From contig NC_058132.1 in the NCBI RefSeq assembly GCF_016433145.1, forward strand, positions 621,210,626-621,274,625: a stretch of 64,000 nt of DNA, in the 5' to 3' direction. A model generated the notes under the pieces. That model was not told the origin of the DNA, made no database searches, and was given only the letters and a program-made list of their open reading frames with translations. Both the position numbers and the translations under genes were made by a program. Shown piece by piece: positions 52,801 through 64,000 of the stretch. The number at the start of each line of letters is the position of its first letter. Within the stretch, counting starts at the first letter, position 1. Source of the DNA: Gracilinanus agilis. Lineage: Eukaryota.

Positions 52801-55265
52801 AAAGTTTAAATTCTGTAACTCTTATCTTTGAGGTACTTTTGCCTGCCACATCTCTCATTGAAGAACTACTCATTTAGATCTTGGTTCCACAACCTGGTAT
52901 AGTTCCTAACTAGTGAGAACAATCAGGAGAATCTTTTGATTTGTTGATCTAGACCATAGAGCAGGACATGAAATCTGGTACCTTTCTAGTACATGCTTTG
53001 GTCTTTTGCTGAAGGGAATACACCTTGCTGGACTGACACAGAAATTCCTAACTGGTTGTTCCCAGGACTGGAGGCTATGGCAAAGATGATTAACCACTTG
53101 GTCAGAAAGAGTGTCCATTCTGGAAAATTCTTGATATAGTAACTATTAATAAAGTCTAATGAATATTGATGGCAATAATAAAAATTGATGCTTGGTTTTA
53201 TATGTATATATAAATGCATATATATATATATATATGCTTTTTTATATACTTCCTGAAGTCTCACAACAGCTCCAAATATTCTCATTCTCTAGATGAAAAA
53301 ATCAAGGCTAAAAGAGAAGATGAAATGTCCATGGTTGCAGAGCAGTAAATGTCACAGGCAGAATTCTAATCTCTGTCTTATCCTCTTTCCAAGGCCAGCA
53401 TTCTTTTCTTTACTCCATATTGACATCTATTTTCTTCTTTTGTTAAAAAGCCTGGCCAAGGCCTGGGACTCAACCAAGAGTGTCCCAGAAATTAGCAAAC
53501 CAAGATAACTCATAAACCATTTTTCCATTATATCAAAGCAATATTTGGTTACTTCAACTTGGCAATCTATTCAACTAAAACCAAAAATGAAACAATCATT
53601 TGCCAAATCAGCATTTTAACATAAAGGGTAAAGGAAAGGAGAATTGGTGAATTTTGTATTTTAACTGGCCTGTAAACATCAGCACCAGGCCCTTGATCTC
53701 TGGTCTTGCCCTATTTCCTGGGTCAACTAACTTCTCACTTGCTCCATCATTTCAAAGTGTAGCTGGAAACACAAAGCATTAACACATTTTTTCCTGATCT
53801 CTTCCAAAAGCCACTCTCTAAATATCTTATAATATTTACTGCGCAAATAACACCTTCTGCCTGATCTTGATTTTTAGATCTTCTGGAAATATCAGCTTAA
53901 TCAAAGTCTATTGAACTTTGTTGACATTCAGAAAAATCTCTAAACCTGTGACCTAAGAATTCAAAAGATTCTGAAGGAAAGACAGTAGTCATCATTACCT
54001 GCTCTTTCAAAGGTATGAAATTATTCTGTTTTGCACTATACACATTTAGAAGAGAAAACGATGGAATGGGTAATTTTTTACCCTAGCTGTAATATAGTAC
54101 ATTAGCATTAATATCTATATACTAGTGTTGGAAATGGGTTATAGTTCTCTTCCAGAAGGCATGAATCTCCAGGGAGTCTTCAGGTTCAAATTCTCAAACT
54201 CTACATTACTTTGTGTGCATTGAACGTCAAAATATACCTTGTTTAGGAGAATAAGGAAGGGAAAAAACTTAGTCATCCTCTGCTCACTGAAGGAAGAAGA
54301 TGATAAAGAAGACAGAAAACTCAAATTAAAGATTTGGCCTAGGGCACTAAACAAGCTTCTCTCTCTCTCTCTTTAAACTAAAAACAGTCAGTCTTGTCCT
54401 ACCTTGCTAGAGAGAGATGGCAAACAATTTAAATCGATAGGTTAAGGGAAAGTGCTTATTTTTTTGACATACTGTTTCTGCACATTCTAGTTCCTTGAAC
54501 TTGACTTTGAAAACCAGGGCCACCTATTTCAGAAATGCCTTCAGTGTTAGAATCAAGAAAAAAACACGTCCAAATATCAGGAAGAAATTTCCTCCTTTGA
54601 AAACCAAAGAGTTTAAATCTCTGTTCCTTTTACTAGAAAACTTAGTTTTTGTCATAAATGAGTAGCATTTGGCACCAAGAATTTAGGAGATTTGGACAGG
54701 GAGAGATGGACCAGAAATTATCTGAGTATATAAATTCAGAAACTGCAAGGGAGATAGGGTTGGGTCTTAAGCCAAAAGTGAGGCAGAATTCCAAGGACTA
54801 AGAAACCTAAAGCCATCTCCTGAATTGGTGAAGAAGGCAGTTCTGGAGATAGTCTGTTTTCTATCTTATAAGAGTTCTCCAAGGCTGGATTTTCGAGTAG
54901 TGGTCCCCAATTCTGCCTCCTCACTTGCAAACTGGCACTAAGAGAAATATAATTCAATTATATATAAAGAACAGACAAGCCTGTGGAGAGTACAATCCTA
55001 GATAGAGATTCTTTTTCAGCACATTAAAGTCTGTAGATTGCAATAAATGAGTTATCTAGTCAAATAATTAATTAAAACTAAAATATCTACATAAGTACAT
55101 AGAAAAGGCGGCCTATAAGAAACTACTTTAAGCGATAACCAAACAAACATGTTGAATCTCTGGAGTCACAGCAGTTGTAAGTTAGATTTCTAGACTTTTG
55201 TGCCAATATTTGCAAACTCATTTTCCCCAGACATTTCTTTGCTTTTGCCTTAAGAATGCTTTATC

Positions 55266-55876
55266 TTTACATTATACACAGAGACTGATACACTGTGGTA
55301 TAATAGAATGTAATGGAATTCTCTACAAGCAGCAATGCAATGATCCAGGACAATTCTGAGGAACTTATGAGAAAGAATGCTATCCACATTTAGAGGAAGA
55401 ACTGTGAGAGTAGAAACACAGAAGAAAAACAACTGCTTGAACACATGGGTTGATGGGGATATGATTGGGGATGTAAACTCTAAATCAGTGGTTCCCAAAC
55501 TTTTTTGGCCTACTGCCCCCTTTCTAGGAAAAAATATTACTTAGCCCCCTGGAAATCAATTTTTAAAATTTTAATAGCAATTAATAGGAAAGATAAATGC
55601 ACCTATGGCCATCACCGCCTTCCTGGATTGCTGCAGCACCCACCAGGGGGCGGTAGCACCCACTTTGGGAATCACTGCTCTAAATGATCACCCTAGTGCA
55701 ATTATCAATAATATGGAAACAGGTCTTGATCAATGATACATGTAAAACCCAGTAGAATTGTGCATTGACTATGGGGTGCGGGGAGAAGTTCAAGGGGGGG
55801 GGGAGAAAGAACATGAATCATGGAACCATGGAAAAATATTCTAAATTAATTAATTATAATTTTTCAATTAAAAAAA
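55266..55876 (+). mobile_element. 5'-truncated L1 3' end with 14-bp TSD (host of the MITE)
   Basis: Same family as the L1 at 7813. TSD aagaatgctttatc at 55252-55265 and 55877-55890. Confidence 0.95.
55486..55677. mobile_element. hAT-superfamily non-autonomous DNA transposon (MITE), 192 bp
   Basis: 16-bp TIRs cagtggttcccaaact and actttgggaatcactg (2 mismatches). Perfect 8-bp TSD ctctaaat at 55478-55485 and 55678-55685. Confidence 0.92.
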
Positions 55877-56019
55877 AAGAATGCTTTATCGCTTACATGT
55901 CTTTACTTATGAACCACTCATTCCTTCTTTCTAGATCTTGTCCACTCCGACATTGCTACTTTTTAGTTGAATGCATACATTATATACTTATCTATAACAT
56001 TTGTATTTTGTAAGCAATG

Positions 56020-56230
56020 GGAAGGCAGTGTTCCATAGGAGACAGAGAACCAGCAATAACAGGACTAAGACCTGTCTCTGACATATATTGATTGTGTAAC
56101 ACTGGACGAGTCATTGAAAATCTCAATCCCCCTACAGAACTCACAAGACTAAGTTACAAAACAGTTGCCATTTCGCATTGATAGAGAATTTCCTCCCCAG
56201 GAGTTCTCCATACCAATGAAGTCACAAGTC
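56020..56230 (+). mobile_element. MIR3-like CORE-SINE
   Basis: gactaagttac...cattgatagagaatttcctccccaggagttctccataccaatgaagtcac. Confidence 0.75.
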
Positions 56231-56289
56231 ATGACAGAAGCAACAAAAGAAAAACTGAGAACGAAAAGACAATGAAACATTCTCAAGAA

Positions 56290-56525
56290 GTATCTTAGAG
56301 GGTGTGAAAATGACTCTGGTGGTGTGGTAAAGGATGGAGTAGAGAGGGAAGGAATTGTAATCTGAAATTCCAGGTAGGATGCTATTATTAAAATAATCTA
56401 TACAAGAAGAGAAATGGGGCTGAACAAGTAAATATGAAGTAGGAGATGAGATGAGAGATGGATATGGAAGATGGAATAGAACCAATAAGCACTAGTAACT
56501 GATCAGATATATGGGGTTAAATGAG
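56290..56525 (-). mobile_element. L2 fragment
   Basis: Purine-rich ccaggtaggatgctatt...gaagatggaatagaacc...gatcagatatatgggg. Confidence 0.6.
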
Positions 56526-57478
56526 AGGGAGGAGGCAAAGAGAAAATATTTCAAAGGAAGACTGAAAGGAACATTTATTAAATGCCTACTAGATAGAAGT
56601 TAAGTAACTTGCCCCAGGGTCACACAACTAGCATTTAAACTGTTTTTTTTTTCCTGACTCTAGACCAAGTGACTCTATCCACTAGCCACCTGACTGCCAA
56701 GATTACTGTAAGTTCTGGTTTTGCCTCTTAAAGACTCTTCACAGAATTCACAACTTTCCTAATAAAGAGAGGGATTAATCAAGGATACTCCCTTTCCCTG
56801 ACTTCATTCAACACAGTTCTCAAAATCACAGCAATAGCAGGAAACAAAGAAAGAAATTAAAAGCATAATACTAGACAAAGAGGAGACAAATCTGTTCTAT
56901 TTGCTGATGTCATAATGAGTTGGTTAGAAAATCCTAAAGAATAATCAAAAAAACTAATTGGGATAATTAATATCTTTAATAAAGTTTCAGGTTGCAAAAT
57001 AAATAAATAAACAACCTAGCAGTATTTCTATATAGTAGTCCAAAAGGCAACAATAGAAAGGCAAAACTCTTTCAGAAAATATACTTCAAAATGTATAAAA
57101 TAACTAGGAGTCAGTCTTCTAAACATATTCAATATTTATTTAGATGCAATTACAAAAATATTCCTTAAGGAAATTAGAAACAGCATAAATATTCAGTGTC
57201 CGTGGCTGGTCCTTGTCAACATAATAAAATGACACTATTTCCTAAGTTAATTTACAGATTTAGTACTATGCCATTCAAACTGCCAAAAAGTTACTTTTAA
57301 GCACTAGGGGAAAAAATAACAAATTTCTTTTTGAGAATTAAAAGAGCTAGAATATCATGGGAAATCATAAAAATAGAAATGATAGAGGATAGACATTTTC
57401 AAACCTAAGAATTTTAAAAAGCAGAAATTATCCAAACTAAATTTGGTAGTGATTGCAAAATAGAAAAATAGATTAATG

Positions 57479-57623
57479 AATAATACATGTAAAACCCAGT
57501 GAAATTGTGCATTGACTACTGGGGGAGGGGTAGTGTTTGGGGGGAGGGAAAGAACATGAATCATGTAACCATGGAAAAATATTCTAAATTAATTAAATAA
57601 AATTTTTCAAGTAAAAAAAAAAA
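57479..57623 (+). mobile_element. 145-bp younger L1 3' tip inserted in the old L1, 17-bp TSD
   Basis: agaaaaatagattaatg at 57462-57478 and 57624-57640; the insert matches the 3' tips of the other young L1s in the window. Confidence 0.92.
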
Positions 57624-57834
57624 AGAAAAATAGATTAATGGAATAGACTAGACAATGAAGAAGAGCATTACTTTTCATAGTGAGAGAATTCTTAACCAAA
57701 CAATTGATACAGGCAGTCACAAAATATAAAACATTATTTAAATGACATAAAAATATTTTTAGGAATAATGCAAGAAGTCCAATAGCCAAGATACATAGTT
57801 ACCTAACAGAAATATCTAAGACCTAATGCTGTCA

Positions 57835-58110
57835 GGCAGCTGGGTTGGAAAGTGGTTAGTGCAATGGACTTCAAGTCAGGAAAAACTGAATTCGTTCTAA
57901 TCTCAGATACTTATTAGCTCTGTAACCCTAGGCAAGTTACTTAATCTCTTTCTGCATGAGTTCCCTTTTTTGTAAAAGGGGAATAATAATAATAATAATA
58001 ATAATAATGCCTACCTCCCAGGGACGTTATGAAGGTAAAATGAGATAATATTAGTAAGGCATTTTGCAAACTTAAAACGTTATGTAAATGTTAGCTATTG
58101 TTGTTGATGT
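57835..58110 (+). mobile_element. Near full-length MIR-type CORE-SINE inside the old L1
   Basis: ggcagctggg...ggcaagttacttaatctc...(aat)n...cctacctcccaggg...gttagctattg; L1 ORF2 on both sides. Confidence 0.8.
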
Positions 58111-59564
58111 TAATTCCTAAAAATAAGTGGTCAAAGGATATGAACAAGTAATTCTCAAAAGAATTAAAGATTCTTAGCAATCATATGAAAGAATGTTCCA
58201 AATCACTAATAATAAGAGAAATGTAAATTGTTTTTAACTCCCTGAGGTTCCACATCATGCCTTCAAATTTGGCAAAAATGACAAAAGAAGGGAATAGTAC
58301 ATGTTAGAGGAGTTCTGAAAAGATAGGCACATTAATGCATTATTGGTAGAACTGTCAATTGAAGCAATCTTTCTGGAAATCAATTTGGAATTTTTTGCAA
58401 GTGTTTAAAATATCAATACTTTGTGACTCAGTGATCTCACTGCTAAGTATGTAACCCAAGAAGATAAAAAAGAAAATTCCCATAAATATTAAAATACAAA
58501 TAGTTACATTTTTTATTTTAGCTGTAAACAAAGTAGATGCCAATCAGTTGGTGAATGGCTAGATTGTGATACAAGAATACAGTGAAATAATTACTGTGCT
58601 ACAAAAAACAATGAAAATAATAAAGTGAAACATAGACAAATCTGTAGGAACTGATGCAAAATGAAGTAAACAGAACCAGGAAAACAATGTAGATAATATC
58701 TAAACAATGTAAATTGAAAGAGCTACAACAAAACAATCTAAACTGAATACCGCCAAATACTAATGACCAAGATTAGTCCTTATGAAAACACATCCCCCAT
58801 TTCTTCACAGAGGTAAGGGACTCCTGGTATGGAACATGACATTTATCTGACATTTTCAATAAGTTGGTCAGTTTTTCTAAACTCTTTTTTCATCTCACTT
58901 TTTTCCCTTTTATTTTGAAATCTATTTAGGAAGGCAGGGGAAAAAGATTCAGCAGGAAATGTAAATGGCATAAAATATATATAAATAAAACTTTAAAATA
59001 AATGCTAAAGCTTCCTAATATACCTATTAGTGAATGAAATTGTTCAAGAAGAATTTTTTTAGATGAGGCCTGAGGTCCCTTGCAAATCTGCAATCCTATG
59101 ATAGAGAAACCAAAAGAGTGATACAAAATACTAGCTGATATTTATATACTTCATCTAGTAGAATATAAGTTCATTGAAAATGAGGATTGTTTTAGTTGTA
59201 GTCATTGTTTTCCAAATACCCAATATGGCACTATGCCTATAGCGAAAAACTTGCTGAATTTAACAATTTGTGGTTCACAAATCATTGTACATACATGATA
59301 TCATTTGATTTGAGCCCCAAATGGAAAGGAACCTTACTTTTCACAAAATGAAAAAAAAAGAATTAAAAAGTTAACACAATACTAGAGAGTAGTATGAACC
59401 AAAGAGACAAACCGTAGTCCCAGGAGCAATGACCTTATGGTGGGATCAATGAAACATGCAGCAGAGAATTTTTTTAAGCATTTTAAACTGGCATAAAGCC
59501 ATGAGATTATGACTTATCTCACATGGATGTAATGTGTACCAAAAAAGTTGAGGGTTAAAGCAAC

Positions 59565-59915
59565 AGGTCTGGAGTCAGAAAGATCTGAGTTCAAATCTAG
59601 TCTCAGATACTACCTGTGTGACCTTGGGAAAATCACTTAACTTCTGCCTCAGTTTCCTCAACTATAAAAAGGGATAATAATAGCATTTACCCTGCAAGAT
59701 CTTTGTGAGATGCTTAGCATGATGCCTGGCACATAGTAGGCACTATATAAATGCTTGTGTCCATGGAGTAGCTAGGTGATCCAGAGGATAGAGCATCAGC
59801 CCTGGAATTGAGAGGACTTGGATCCAAATCTGACCTATCACACAGTTCTAGTGCATGACTCTGAGTAAATCACTTAATCCTGTTTGCTTAGCCCTTGTTC
59901 TTGTGTCTTAGTGTT
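59565..59915 (+). mobile_element. MIR followed by a marsupial SINE
   Basis: ctggagtcagaaagatctgagttcaaatc...cctggcacatagtaggcac; then agctaggtgatccagaggatagagc...tgcttagccctt. Confidence 0.75.
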
Positions 59916-60540
59916 ATTAGCAGGACAGGAAGGGGGTGGCTACTATAGCAAAGATAGTGGTGCAACCTTGAGCTGAATGTGTTAGCTGTAGTGTAGTATA
60001 CAGAATGGAAGAAGAGAGTTATGGGAAAGGAAAAAAATAGAGAAAGGTCAAAACCCAAGATCATGGTCTTTGATGAAGAAATGTTCAACCTTCTACCAGC
60101 TTTTTTCTGTGTTTATGCCTCTTTCCTCCCCACCCCCATCCTCTAATTTTCCTTTGATGGCAATGAATTAACCTTAGATCTCCCAAGAAGGGAAGCCTTG
60201 GTTAGGGGAATGGAGTGGGGGTGGGAGAGAGAGATGCTTTATTCAGTTACTTATGATTTATTAGATGTTAGCAAAAGAGGCCTGAGGCAAGAACTGTGCT
60301 CAAAAGAGACAAGGGAAAATATTTCACAGGACTGGGAATTAGGTAATAAATAAGTCAAACCTGACCTTGTCCACAATTGGACCAAGGGATGTGTTTGTAT
60401 ATAACTCTAGCTATAGTGAATCCTTGGAAGAGAGAGGTAGAGATCAAAACTGGGAATTTAATAAGTGTACATAGGTTACTGAAATTTGGCAAGATGACAA
60501 AAATTTCTCTGTGCCAGAAGAAATCTATTATAAATTTACT

Positions 60541-60712
60541 ATAAAGAGTCCTTAACCATTTTTGTGTCATAGGCCCCTCCATCTCTTCTCAGAATAATAA
60601 TTTTATATATGTAAAAAACACATATGATTACAAAGGAAACCCATTATAGTGAAATATAGTTGTCAAAATATTTTTCCCATGAAACTGAAGGGTCTCCAGG
60701 TTTTAAAAAAAT
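60541..60712. mobile_element. Decayed hAT-type MITE (MER63-like)
   Basis: cttaaccatttttgtgtcat...ttctcagaataat...gattacaaaggaaacccattatagtgaaata...ccaggtt; family assignment from memory, unverified. Confidence 0.55.
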
Positions 60713-60761
60713 CCTGGTTTGGAATCAGAAACCCCAGAGCTCAGAAAATGTTCATTTTTCA

Positions 60762-61719
60762 CTGATCTAACCATCCTGGATGGCAATTTGGAACTATGCT
60801 CAAAGGGCTATAAAAGAATGCCTGCCCTTTGATCCAGCCATACCACTGTTGGGTTTGTGCCCCAAAGAGATCACAGATAAACAGACTTGTATGAAAATAT
60901 TTATAGCTGCGCTTTTTGTGGTGGCAAAAAACTGGAAAATGAGGGTATGCCCTTCAATTGGGGAATGGCTGAACAAATTGTGGTATATGCTGGTGATAGA
61001 GTACTATTGGGCTCAAAGGAATAATAAACTGGAGGAATTCCATGTGAACTGGAAAGACCTCCAGGAACTGATGCAGAGTGAAAGGAGCAGAGCCAGAAGA
61101 ACATTGTACACAAAGACCAATACACTGTGGTAAAATAGAATGTAATGGACTTCTGTACTAGCAGCAATGCAATGATCCAGGACAGCTCTGAGGGATTTAT
61201 GGAAAAGAATGCTACCCACATTCAGAGGAAGAACTGCAGGTGTGGAAACACAGAAGAAAAGCAACTGCTTGAACACATGGGTTGAGGCGGACATGATTTG
61301 GGATGTAGACTCTAAGGACCACCCCAGTGCAACTATCAATAATATGGAAATAGGTCTTGATCAAAGACACATGTTAAAACCAGTGGAAATGCGCATCGGC
61401 TATTGGGGGGAAATGGGGTGGGGAATGGGTGGGGTAAAGGGGAAAGTAAGAGCATGAATCATGTAACCATGTTAACTTTTTTTTTATTTTTTTTAAAACC
61501 TTGTACTTCGGTGTATTGTCTCATAAGTGGAAGATTGGTAAGGGTGGGCAATGGGGGTCAAGTGACTTGCCCAGGGACACACAGCTGGGAAGTGGCTGAG
61601 GCCGGGTTTGAACCTAGGACCTCCTGTCTCTAGGCCTGACTCTCACTCCACTGAGCTACCCAGCTGCCCCCATGTTAACTTTTCTAAAAAATAAATGTTA
61701 TTAAATGTTAAAAAAAGAA
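60762..61719 (+). mobile_element. 5'-truncated L1 (ORF2 end plus 3'UTR) with 19-bp TSD
   Basis: TSD agaaaatgttcatttttca at 60743-60761 and 61720-61738. ORF 60780..61133 is the L1 ORF2 C-terminus (LPFDPAIPLLG...CPSIGEWLNKLWY). Confidence 0.96.
61481..61669 (-). mobile_element. Young SINE-1_MD-like SINE nested in the L1 3'UTR, 14-bp TSD
   Basis: ccatgttaactttt at 61467-61480 and 61670-61683. Confidence 0.95.
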
Positions 61720-62547
61720 AGAAAATGTTCATTTTTCAAGTGTGACTATATATTAAAGAACAATGGACCGTATGTTTGGTGAGCTGGCTTTGAGTGCTAA
61801 AATCTGCCACTCTTGGCTTAGTAACTTTGGATGACTTCTTTTCTCTAGCATATTTCATCATCTGAAAATCACTTCATGATTTTCATCATAAAGTGACAGT
61901 AAAATGCTTTTCCTTCCCAGGTCAAAGGTTCATTTTGGAGCTCTAAGTTAAGACATGTGAAAATGATTTGAGAATAATATAGTACTATGCAAATGAGAGG
62001 CATTATTATGAAAATGTACTTTAGATTAGCCCACTATGTTGTTTTTTATGCCCCACAACAGCCAACAGAGAGAATTATCAACAAGAAAAAATACATCTAT
62101 TAAATGTCTTTTATGGGAACAGTATTGGGTAAGGCACTGTCTAAACAGAGATCGATTGGTCTGGCACTTCCTTCAAATAGCTTACAATCTAATAAGGGGA
62201 TACCAAAAGCATGAGTAAATATGGCACGTTAGGATGTGATAAGGATAAAGGAGAAATCCAAAATGCTAGAAGAAAAAATCCCCCAGGCAGGGAAGAAACA
62301 ATGATATAAACAAGTTATTTTTTTGTAGAAAATTGTTGGATATTGTCCTAAATCTACTTCTCCAAGAAAAGCCTTATTATCTGCATCCTATCACCCACAT
62401 TTCCAATAAGCTTTTCTAGGAGAGTGGAAAAGGCTTTAGAGAAAAATAGTATTTCTTAATATTTGTATGTGATAGTTCTTTCTATCCTTTCCCTACCTTT
62501 GAGCTAGGGAGGTAAGGAAGGAATAAGTATTTCTATATCACCTCCTG

Positions 62548-62850
62548 AGGAGGTAGGTAGATCAGTGGATAGGGTATTGGTCCTGGAGTCATAGGAAGAC
62601 CTGATTTAAAATCCAACCTCACATATTTACTAGCTATGTGACTCTGGGCAAGTTACTTAATCTATGTTTGCCTCAGTTTCCCCATCTATAAAATGAGCTA
62701 GAGAAGGAAATGGAAAAGCACTCCAGGACTTGGAGAAGAAAATCCCAAATTAATATGGAAATGTGTCTTGCATGATAATGAAAATAAAATTTAGGGGGAA
62801 AAAGAAAATCTCAAATGGGGGTCATGAGCCTGAAAAATGACTAAACAACA
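62548..62850 (+). mobile_element. Mar1 CORE-SINE
   Basis: CORE followed by gagctagagaaggaaatggaaaagcactccag...aaatgggggtcatgag...tgactaaacaac. Confidence 0.8.
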
Positions 62851-64000
62851 TATTGCCTATTATTAAATGGCTATGGTACTAAGGTTCTTTTTATAAACAT
62901 ATCTCATTTGATCTTCACATCAACTCTCTGAGGTAAGTTCAATTGTTATCTGTATTTAACAATTGAAGAAACTGAGGGAAGCAGTTTAAGTGACTTGCCC
63001 AAAGCCACACAGTTAAAATGGTTGGTCTGAGATTGAATTTGAGTTCATCTTCCCAAATCCAAGGCCAGCACTGAGTCCATTGCAGCACCAGCTGCTTCAA
63101 GAGATAAGGCTGAGATATCTGACTGGCTAAGTGATTCTGTAATACATTGTATGGAACAGCAAAAGTCTGACCAATCAGAAAAGTAAGCCTGAGATCATAA
63201 AACAGTAAATGAAATCAATTCAGTACAAGCAGGTGGTAATCAATATGAGGTAGATCAAATCATTTTCTTATGGGTCCATGAAGGAGCCCTAGGATCTAGA
63301 CCTAATAAACAGGAAAAACAAAAAAACCTATGTTAGAAACATGGGGCAAATTCATCTAGAAAGTTTTAGAGGGACACAGACAGCATGGCACAATAATAAG
63401 AATGTTGAACTTGGAATCATAGGATCTTAGTTCGAATTCCACTTCAACTATTTACTTCCTTTGTGATCTTTTGCACTTAACCACCCAAGTGATTCAACAT
63501 CAGAATCAAGGATGTTTTCATCATTGTAAATGGCACTACAGAGGACATCTTAACATCTGCTTCACTGCTGTACCCCAAGAACCATGATATGTCTCCACCT
63601 GACTTGCAGTTAGAACCTTCCACATAAGTTGTCACTTTCGTTCATTCCAAATAATATCTTATCAGAATAACACAACAGTGTATATGAGGTAGACCCTAAT
63701 TAGTTATCCCCAATTTACATATGAGAAAAATGAGGTTATTTTGCCTAGAGTCATACAGCTTAAATATCATTTCTTTCTGACTGCTTCTGGCCAGCTCTCT
63801 CCCCTACACCACCTAACTGGCTCTGAACTGTCATCTATCTTTCAAAGATACTTCAATCCTTGATTTGATAATCTCACCCAAATTCTCCTCTCTCATGTCC
63901 ATATTCCTTTCATAACTCCCCAAACATTTTCTATCCACTCATTTCACTATTAAACAACCCTGAGGCTGTAAGCTTAAATAGCCTTACAAAAGACATGGTA

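Larger units (their letters stand above)
56800..58800 (+). mobile_element. Old degenerate L1 ORF2 to 3'UTR (about 2 kb) with nested inserts
   Basis: tctatttgctgatgtcataatg, ataagtggtcaaaggatatgaac, tttctggaaatcaatttggaa; many frame-breaking changes. Confidence 0.85.

Overview
Marsupial genomic DNA, most likely opossum (Monodelphis-type), judged from its repeat families: tRNA-derived opossum-type SINEs, Mar1 CORE-SINEs with an RTE-like tail, MIR/MIR3, L2 and marsupial-type L1 3' ends. The window is AT-rich, CpG-depleted and gene-poor, with four assembly gaps. I recognise no protein-coding gene. The supplied ORFs are short and mostly fall in repeats, gaps or microsatellites. Best-supported features: three L1 3' ends with target-site duplications (TSDs); a 192-bp hAT-type MITE with terminal inverted repeats (TIRs) and an 8-bp TSD nested in one of them; a full-length U6 retrocopy with TSD inside an older L1; a probable solo LTR; a 62-67-bp minisatellite; and one CpG-rich, motif-dense putative regulatory island at about 12.35-13.1 kb. 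I found no evidence for a novel multi-gene system. The leads below are modest. Repeat family names come from recognition rather than a database search, and boundaries without a TSD are approximate.
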